Position numbers and translations under genes: made by a program
The notes under the pieces: generated by a model
The model's input: only the letters and a program-made list of their open reading frames with translations
The model's database searches: none
What the model was told of the DNA's origin: nothing
In this document: positions 57,573 to 64,000 of the stretch, in pieces
Layout: every line of letters begins with the position of its first letter
How positions within the stretch are numbered: the stretch's first letter is position 1
Assembly: GCA_965140445.1 (NCBI GenBank)
Contig: OZ223236.1
Coordinates: 2,880,001-2,944,000, forward strand
Source of the DNA: Candidatus Ozemobacteraceae bacterium
Lineage (GTDB): Bacteria; Muiribacteriota; Ozemobacteria; Ozemobacterales; Ozemobacteraceae
Reading direction: 5' to 3'
Length of the DNA stretch: 64,000 nucleotides

Positions 57573-58883
57573 ATGAACAGTCTTAGAGTGATTTCAAGAA
57601 AAATAAATTTAATAATGGTGGTTGCGCTTTTTACGTTAGCCATTTCACTTGTTTTATCCTGGCATTATCATCAGAGTCGCAATTTGTCAGTCTATGAAGA
57701 AGAGACCTATGCTGCCGAGCTTCTTGCTAACGGCTTGCCTTCAAAGGCAGCTGAAATCATGCGTGAAGCAATAAGAAAAGAGCCTTTGTCCAAAAGAAGT
57801 ATTGGTCTAAGAAAAGCCCTGGCTGATATTTATATGACCGAAATGTTTGATTATGAAAAAGCTTTATCAGAGCTTGTTTTCATCCAGAAGTTTTCTCCCG
57901 GGGACAAAACTAAAGTTGAAAAGGATATCCAGATATGTCTGAAAAGACTGGACCGGGTTTATGATTTTGAACGAAGAAAGTTGATTGAAAAAGGTGTTAA
58001 CCCGGTTGAGAACGAAGTAGCATCCACTACTGTAATCAGAATTGGCAACAAACCTGCAATGAATTTAAGCGTTTTTAAAAAGCGCATGGAAGATTTGGGT
58101 GTTCCTGAAAATCGCATAAATAAACAGGTTTTGAGTGCGGTGGCACAAAATCTTGCTCAGGAATTGCTCATTACCAGAGCTTCTGAACGCGAAGGTTACA
58201 AAGAAAAAGAAGATTTTATCCAAAAACTTAAGCAATTTGAAAGAAATCTGGCAATACAGGAATATCTGGAGAAAAAGGTTTTTAACGGCATCAACGTTAG
58301 CCAGAATGATGTTCAGGCGTATTTAACCAATCACCCTGAAGAATTTAGTTCTCCCGATCGCATTCAATTCTCGCAATATGTTTTTGATAGTTCCGAAAAA
58401 GCAGAAGCTTTCGCCAAAAATGGCGATAATAAAATTACTTCTGAAACTGGCATGACTTTAGAAGTGGAGCCTGATGATGCAAGTTTGGTATCTCCTCAGG
58501 TTGTGCCTGATTCTATCCTGGTTAATCAGGAAACAAAAACCAGAGATCAGCTCCCCGAAATGCTCAAGGGGATTAATTTTGACCTGCTTCATGATAAAAA
58601 ATTCTTTGGCCCGGTAAAACTTGGAGACAAATGGAACTTGTTTGAGATCCATAAAGTCCTTAAAGGCAGAAAAATGGATGCTCAGCAGGCGTATTCAATT
58701 GCTTCGCAAAAGCTTATGGAAGCAAGAAAGCAGCAGGCTTTAAGTGATGCAATAGCAAACTTAAAGATTAAGGAAGGCCTGAAGATTAATCTGGATGTCC
58801 TGGAGGCTGCTTTCCTGAAAAAAGAACCTGAAAAAAAGGACGAAGCCCCAAAAGCTTCAGATAAGACCCCTTCAACAAAATAA
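57573..58883 (+). CDS. Membrane-anchored TPR plus SurA/PrsA-like (parvulin-type) chaperone
   Basis: N-terminal TM; TPR-like helices; VSQNDVQAY..HPEEF..PDRI, FGPVKLGDKWNLF. Confidence 0.7.
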   Translation: MNSLRVISRKINLIMVVALFTLAISLVLSWHYHQSRNLSVYEEETYAAELLANGLPSKAAEIMREAIRKEPLSKRSIGLRKALADIYMTEMFDYEKALSELVFIQKFSPGDKTKVEKDIQICLKRLDRVYDFERRKLIEKGVNPVENEVASTTVIRIGNKPAMNLSVFKKRMEDLGVPENRINKQVLSAVAQNLAQELLITRASEREGYKEKEDFIQKLKQFERNLAIQEYLEKKVFNGINVSQNDVQAYLTNHPEEFSSPDRIQFSQYVFDSSEKAEAFAKNGDNKITSETGMTLEVEPDDASLVSPQVVPDSILVNQETKTRDQLPEMLKGINFDLLHDKKFFGPVKLGDKWNLFEIHKVLKGRKMDAQQAYSIASQKLMEARKQQALSDAIANLKIKEGLKINLDVLEAAFLKKEPEKKDEAPKASDKTPSTK

Positions 58884-58895
58884 GGAGTAATTCTC

Positions 58896-59447
58896 TTGTT
58901 AGCTATTGTTGCAACTACTACACTCCCAGCCCTGCCACCAGGGGAAGAGATTTATGGTCTGGCCGATCCGGTCAGCATTCCTTATCCCTATCTGGAGGTA
59001 GCTCTCAGAATTGGATTCTGGGTGGTTTTGGCAATAATTATCTGGAAACTGGGCGGATGGTTTTTCTCAGAGCGAAGAGAGCGCAAGAAACTTCCACCAC
59101 CTGATCCAATGAAAGTTGCTATCAGGGCAATCGACAGATTAAGGCAGTCACCAATAATTGAAGAAGGAAAGATGAAAGAGGTTTGCGAAAGATTAGCTTT
59201 GATTCTTAAAGTTTTTCTCAAGGACAAATTTAATCTTGGAATTGGCGCGGCTTCAACAACCAATGAACTGATAGAAAGTCTGCAAAGAAACAGGACTTCA
59301 AATTCCGCGGTGAGAAGAACCACTGAATTGTTTGAAATCTGCGATCAGATAAAGTTTGCTAAAGGTTCGCTTGGCGAGAATCAAAGCCTGTTGCAGTTAA
59401 TAGATAACTTCGAAGATTTATTACTTAGTGGAGATTGGAAAAAATGA
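58896..59447 (+). CDS. DUF4381-like Bat operon membrane protein
   Basis: AAGGAG SD plus TTG; single TM; STTNELI, CDQIKFAK. Confidence 0.75.
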   Translation: MLAIVATTTLPALPPGEEIYGLADPVSIPYPYLEVALRIGFWVVLAIIIWKLGGWFFSERRERKKLPPPDPMKVAIRAIDRLRQSPIIEEGKMKEVCERLALILKVFLKDKFNLGIGAASTTNELIESLQRNRTSNSAVRRTTELFEICDQIKFAKGSLGENQSLLQLIDNFEDLLLSGDWKK

Positions 59448-60457
59448 AATGGAATAGCCCTGAATTTGCACTTCTGTTCATTCTAATACCACTAATTGCA
59501 TGGTATAAGGTGTTCTTTGTTGCAAGAGTAAAAAAAGGTGGGATTAAATTTCCATTAAGTCACAATCTTTCTGGTTTAAGAAAGTCGTTAAAAGCCAAAT
59601 TGCTTTTTGTTCCAGATCTTTTGCGTCTGATGGTTCTTGTTCTGATAATTTTTGCTTTAATGCAGCCTCAGTATGGGCTCGAAAAAGAAAATATAACCCG
59701 CAAAGGCATAGATATTATGCTCGCAATAGATGTTTCGGGAAGTATGGCCGCGGAAGATTTCAAGCCAAACCGACTCAAAGCCGCTCAGGTAATCACCGAA
59801 AAATTCATTTCCGGCCTGAAAGATCACCGGATTGGTCTGGTTGTATTTGCTGGCCTTTCACTGACTCAATGCCCCCTTACCATGGATTACGGCGTGGTAA
59901 CTGAACTTTTGCGAAGAGCTTCATTGTCCATGATTAAGGCCGATGGAACAGCCATTGGAGATGCCATTATCAATGCGGTGTACAAGTTCAAAAAAGAGCC
60001 GGGGGACACCAGAGATCAGATTGTAATTCTAATGACGGACGGTGAAAATAACTCGGGCGCAGTTGATCCCCTTAACGCTGCTAAAATAGCGGCTGATAAA
60101 AAGATAAAAGTTTATACCATCGGAGTTGGTAGCATCGAAGGCGCACCAATTCCAGTTCAGGGCTATGGTGGCAAAAGATACGCCAGAAATCCGGATGGCT
60201 CGCTTTATATTCCCAAGCTTGATGAACAGCTTATGAAGGACATTGCTTTCATGACAGGTGGGCAGTATTTCCGTGCTACTGATAACGAGGCTCTGGAAAA
60301 GATATACAAAAAAATCGCTGGCATGGAAAAGGGCAAGATTGACGTAAACAAGACCGTCCAGTTCTCTGATAGATTTTACTGGTTTTTGGCTCCAGCATTA
60401 GCTTTGCTTGCCATCGAAATTTATTTGAGAAGCCGCTATTTTCAGAGGGTATTTTAA
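59444..60457 (+). CDS. batA: BatA-type VWA domain protein
   Basis: DVSGSM MIDAS, GTAIGDA, LMTDGENN, YTIGVG, GGQYFRA. Confidence 0.9.
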   Translation: MKWNSPEFALLFILIPLIAWYKVFFVARVKKGGIKFPLSHNLSGLRKSLKAKLLFVPDLLRLMVLVLIIFALMQPQYGLEKENITRKGIDIMLAIDVSGSMAAEDFKPNRLKAAQVITEKFISGLKDHRIGLVVFAGLSLTQCPLTMDYGVVTELLRRASLSMIKADGTAIGDAIINAVYKFKKEPGDTRDQIVILMTDGENNSGAVDPLNAAKIAADKKIKVYTIGVGSIEGAPIPVQGYGGKRYARNPDGSLYIPKLDEQLMKDIAFMTGGQYFRATDNEALEKIYKKIAGMEKGKIDVNKTVQFSDRFYWFLAPALALLAIEIYLRSRYFQRVF

Positions 60458-61491
60458 TGTTTAAACATCCTGAAAATTTAATAATATTTTTAATGGTTTT
60501 TGCTTGGGTTGCGCTGACATGGCGTGTGGCAAGCGCTTCTCTGAAAGCCAAAAGGGAAAAGTTCGCCAGTCTTGAGATGATGAAAAGAGTTGCCAACCAT
60601 AAACCTACTCGCAGGCCGGTTTTTAAGTGGGCAATGCTGGTTATGGCCATTTTGCTTATAGCGGTGGGTTTAATGCGCCCAACCGGCGGAATAACTGAAG
60701 AAGACGTTGTGGGAAAGGGACTGGACCTGGTTGTCGCTTTAGATGTTTCAAAATCCATGATGGCAATGGATATAGACGGAAACTCCCGACTTGAAGTGGC
60801 TAAAGCTCTCCTTGCTCGTCTTATGGGTGGTTTAACCAACGACAGGATTGGGCTGGTAGTTTTTGCAGGTGAAACCATGGTGCAATCCCCTCTGTCAAGA
60901 GATCGTAACGCTTTTTTGACATTTCTTGAAAGGGTGGACCCGGCATTGCTGAGTAAGCAGGGAACCAATCTTTCCGGGGCAATAGAAACTTCAATCGACA
61001 GGTTTGATTTTACTGCTTCCCAATCTCGTGCAATAGTTCTTTTGTCGGATGGAGAAGATAAGGACGAAGAAAAGCTTAACGCGGCATTAGATGAAGCTAA
61101 AAGCAAAAACATTCCCGTTTTTACAGTTGGAATCGGGAGTTTAAAAGGTGCTAATATTCCTGAAGCCAGGAATGTCTGGGGCGACATTATTTATAAACGC
61201 CACAAAGGCCAGCTGGTAAAAACAAAATTAGAAGATGGTGTATTAAGAAACATAGCCAAAAAAACCGGCGGGAAGTTTTTCAGGGCGACTGATATCAGTA
61301 GCGCAAGACAGGTTGCAGAAGGCTTGTCCGGTTTGAAAAGGGTTGCTATCATAAGTGGAAAGCGACAAGTTACCAGAGAGCTTTATTTCATTCCTGGTTT
61401 GCTTGCCTTTTTCCTGCTTCTTCTTGAATGGATGATATCTGAAAGAATCCCTTATGAAAGGGAAAAAGATCATTGGTTGAAAAGAATATGA
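60457..61491 (+). CDS. batB: BatB-type VWA domain protein
   Basis: LDVSKSM, DRIGLVVFAG, QGTNL, LSDGED. Confidence 0.9.
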   Translation: MFKHPENLIIFLMVFAWVALTWRVASASLKAKREKFASLEMMKRVANHKPTRRPVFKWAMLVMAILLIAVGLMRPTGGITEEDVVGKGLDLVVALDVSKSMMAMDIDGNSRLEVAKALLARLMGGLTNDRIGLVVFAGETMVQSPLSRDRNAFLTFLERVDPALLSKQGTNLSGAIETSIDRFDFTASQSRAIVLLSDGEDKDEEKLNAALDEAKSKNIPVFTVGIGSLKGANIPEARNVWGDIIYKRHKGQLVKTKLEDGVLRNIAKKTGGKFFRATDISSARQVAEGLSGLKRVAIISGKRQVTRELYFIPGLLAFFLLLLEWMISERIPYEREKDHWLKRI

Positions 61492-62606
61492 GCCTATATT
61501 TAAAAAAATTAAATAATTGTCTTATTTTAACGGCAGTTTTGTCATTTGGAATAATGGGAGCTGCTTTTGCTCACCCTTCGACTGACGTTCAATCTGGCAT
61601 AGAAAGCTTGAAAGCCGGAAAATTGGAAGCCGCCGAGGGGGATTTCCAGAAAGCAAGATTTCAGGAGCCGGAAAACCCTGGAATTCTCTACGATCTGGGG
61701 ATAGTAAATTACGAGAAAAGAGAATTTCAAAAAGCAGCAATTTTCTTTGCTAAAGCGGTTGAGCTGACCAAAAAAGACAGTGACCGAAAAAATGCTTTGT
61801 ACAATCTCGGCAACAGTCTTTATCGATTTGGCGACTATGAAAAGGCTATTGGCGCATATAAGCAGAGATTAGAACTGGGAAAAGACGACAAAACTGAATA
61901 TAACCTGAAAGTTGCTGAAGAGAAGCTGGCGAAGCGACAGGAAGAGCAAAAGAAGCAGCAGCAAAATCAAGACCAGAAGCAGAACGGTAACCAGAACCAG
62001 AAGCAGGATGGAAATCAGCAACAGGATAATAAAGATGGTCAGTCGAAGGATCAATCTGGCGACCAGAACAATCAGAAAAAATCCGGCCAAAACAAAGATG
62101 GCCAAAATAAAGATGGCCAAAATAAAGATGGCAAAAACAAGGACGGCCAGGACGATCAAAAAGGTAAAGACGGCCAGCAACAACAGGCTAATGCCGGGGA
62201 TAAAGATAAAAAGGAAAACAAGAACGGTTCTGAGCAAAAGTCCGGTGAAGATAAAAAATCTGATAAGGATCAAAACGGCAAACAGGGCGAAGGTGAGCAG
62301 AAAGACCAGAAACGTAACCGCGAAATGGTAAAAATGGACGATCCTGGCAAAAAAGGGCCAGAAAAACCTAAAGCCTCTCAGAGAGCTCGCGCCCTTAAGA
62401 ACAAGAAATTGAATCCTTACATGATTGAAAAGATTTTAAAACAGATGCAGGAACGCGAAAAAGAAGCACAGCGTTATTATAGAGCTGAGCCTAACCGACG
62501 CCAGGAACTTGATCCATTCCGCATGAGTCCGTCTGAATTGAGAGACTTTATGCGTGGCAAAAGACCGCAAAGTCCAGATAAAGATCCAAACACGCAGGAT
62601 TGGTAA
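61488..62606 (+). CDS. batC: BatC-type TPR protein with Q/N/K/D-rich low-complexity tail
   Basis: Signal peptide, YDLG and YNLGN TPRs, low-complexity region, terminal DW. Confidence 0.85.
   Translation: MSLYLKKLNNCLILTAVLSFGIMGAAFAHPSTDVQSGIESLKAGKLEAAEGDFQKARFQEPENPGILYDLGIVNYEKREFQKAAIFFAKAVELTKKDSDRKNALYNLGNSLYRFGDYEKAIGAYKQRLELGKDDKTEYNLKVAEEKLAKRQEEQKKQQQNQDQKQNGNQNQKQDGNQQQDNKDGQSKDQSGDQNNQKKSGQNKDGQNKDGQNKDGKNKDGQDDQKGKDGQQQQANAGDKDKKENKNGSEQKSGEDKKSDKDQNGKQGEGEQKDQKRNREMVKMDDPGKKGPEKPKASQRARALKNKKLNPYMIEKILKQMQEREKEAQRYYRAEPNRRQELDPFRMSPSELRDFMRGKRPQSPDKDPNTQDW
62091..62150 (+). repeat. Coding tandem repeat, 4 x 15 bp (NKDGQ)
   Basis: aacaaagatggccaa aataaagatggccaa aataaagatggcaaa aacaaggacggccag. 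Confidence 0.85.
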
Positions 62607-62626
62607 TCAGGGGCAGGGCAGTGGTT

Positions 62627-63613
62627 CTATGGCTGCAGATTCAGGTCGCCGTTTCCAAGCTTTCGGGCGTTGTAAAGCGCTAGTTGTGCGCGGTGGATGA
62701 ATTCTTCAATATCATCGTCAATATGAAGCTCGGTTATCCCATACGAAAAGGATGTGGTAATTCCTTTCAGGGTGAAAGTCATGGTTTTAAGCTTCTCAAT
62801 GAAAATTCTGATGATTTTTTCTGCTTCAGCAATTGGCGTGTCTGGCATATAAAGAATAAATTCATCTATTCCAAGTGATCCGAGAATATCGCAGCCTCGA
62901 ATATGGGATTTGAATTCTTCTGCGGTTTCTTTCAGAAGCTGTCTGGCAATTTCGTTTCCATAGAGGTTAATGGTCGATTTATAGTTGTCCATATCCATTA
63001 GAACCAAAGAAAGCGGCTCGTTATTCATATGGCTGGTAAAAATCTGTTCTTCGAGTTTGGAAATAAAGAATTGGTGTGTGTATATGCCTGTTTCAACGTC
63101 AAATTGTTTTAATTGTCCGATTAGCTTAAGCAGCTCTTCTTTTTCAAGGGCGGCTGAACATGCGCCTGCCATAGACAAAAGAAAGTTTTTGGTGGATAAA
63201 TCTATTGGAAATTCTTCGGTGAAATAAATGGCCATAAAGCCAAAAGTTCTTCCGCCCCAGCCAATATGCATGGCAACACAGGTATGATAATCATCTTCGA
63301 TTTTCATTTCTTCATAATCATCTTTATCAAGTTCCTGTTTAACTATATTGAAGTGATCCTTGAAGAAGACTCTGCCAATGGTATTGCTTCCGATCTTTTT
63401 GTGGAAGTGCTGAAGAGCGTTTCTGGAAACGCCGTGTGCATGCACAATGTCAATGTAAGAGGTGTTTTTATTCTGCAATGCTATGTAGGAATAGGATGCG
63501 TGCAGATGGTGTTCAATGTTACGAAAAACCTTTTGAATCAATCTAGTGGCATTCGGCTCTGTTAAATACCCTTTAAGAGTATGAGACAGTGCTATTAGCA
63601 GCTTTTCCTTCAT
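62627..63613 (-). CDS. GAF plus degenerate GGDEF domain protein
   Basis: LMDMDNYK, RGCD I-site, GIDEF in place of GGDEF, ALYNAR. Confidence 0.85.
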   Translation of the reverse strand: MKEKLLIALSHTLKGYLTEPNATRLIQKVFRNIEHHLHASYSYIALQNKNTSYIDIVHAHGVSRNALQHFHKKIGSNTIGRVFFKDHFNIVKQELDKDDYEEMKIEDDYHTCVAMHIGWGGRTFGFMAIYFTEEFPIDLSTKNFLLSMAGACSAALEKEELLKLIGQLKQFDVETGIYTHQFFISKLEEQIFTSHMNNEPLSLVLMDMDNYKSTINLYGNEIARQLLKETAEEFKSHIRGCDILGSLGIDEFILYMPDTPIAEAEKIIRIFIEKLKTMTFTLKGITTSFSYGITELHIDDDIEEFIHRAQLALYNARKLGNGDLNLQP

Positions 63614-63714
63614 TTAAACACCTCTTTTCTTTTATAAAGTAAAACAATCTTTTCGGTTAATATTTTTTCTTACTTACAACTTTATTATAACCTAAATCTA
63701 ACTTAGCCTAAAAC

Positions 63715-63752
63715 AAAAAGCAGGGCAAACTATAAAGTTTGCCCTGCTTTTT
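63715..63752. terminator. Intrinsic terminator after the TPR gene
   Basis: AAAAAGCAGGGCAAACT-ATAA-AGTTTGCCCTGCTTTTT. Confidence 0.88.
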
Positions 63753-63759
63753 ATTTTTA

Positions 63760-64000
63760 CTATTTGATGGTTTCCTGGTTTAATTTTATAACTCTTTTAT
63801 AGGTTTCTTCTGCTTTTTCAAGGTTATTGTTCTTTTTGTATATTTTACCAAGGAACAAAATCAATTTTGTTGCTGACTTTGGATCTTCTTTTTCAAATTT
63901 TGCGATGCCTTCATTAAGGATCTTTTCAGCTTCGCCAATTTTATCGTGCTGGAGATAGAGTCTGGCTATTTCAGTGTAAACAGGAATTACTTTGTGCATA
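63760..64000 (-). CDS. C-terminus of a TPR protein (partial)
   Basis: YTEIARLY..EAEKIL, LGKIY..KAEETYKRVI; frame open to the window edge. Confidence 0.75.
   Translation of the reverse strand, partial: MHKVIPVYTEIARLYLQHDKIGEAEKILNEGIAKFEKEDPKSATKLILFLGKIYKKNNNLEKAEETYKRVIKLNQETIK

Noticed and set aside
60276..61187. 303-aa minus-strand ORF
   Set aside because: Antisense shadow of the well-supported batA/batB genes; no motifs
62091..62150. Repeats as a possible CRISPR array
   Set aside because: 15-bp units, no spacers, in-frame coding; no cas genes in the window
61869..62331. Hydrophobic antisense ORF and alternative-frame ORF over batC
   Set aside because: By-products of the Q/N/K/D low-complexity coding repeat

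Overview
AT-rich bacterial chromosomal window with about 58 CDS. I found no rRNA, tRNA, CRISPR array or mobile element. The large HEAT/TPR proteins and overall gene style tentatively suggest Candidatus Riflebacteria (inference only, no search run). Housekeeping and common loci: moeA, recD2, rsmD, recG, HU-recN-spoIID, ktrAB, rlmE, 5'-nucleotidase and a MoxR/Bat (VWA) operon. The most unusual loci are: (1) a membrane Cache-PAS-CBS-DUF294 nucleotidyltransferase coupled to a metallophosphoesterase, converging on a DUF4212/ActP-type carboxylate symporter; (2) a corrinoid protein / Zn-site-degenerate MtaA-UroD / DUF1638 / hybrid histidine kinase operon that looks sensory rather than metabolic; (3) four PilT-family paralogues, two catalytically degenerate, with two HEAT-TPR proteins and two pseudopilins; (4) a CofG-like radical SAM fused to a hotdog thioesterase; (5) a 36-aa-repeat coiled-coil ORF in frame with a GAF-GAF-PAS adenylate cyclase. 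Several genes appear to have leaderless transcripts, and there is one probable pseudogene. All family calls come from visual motif recognition.
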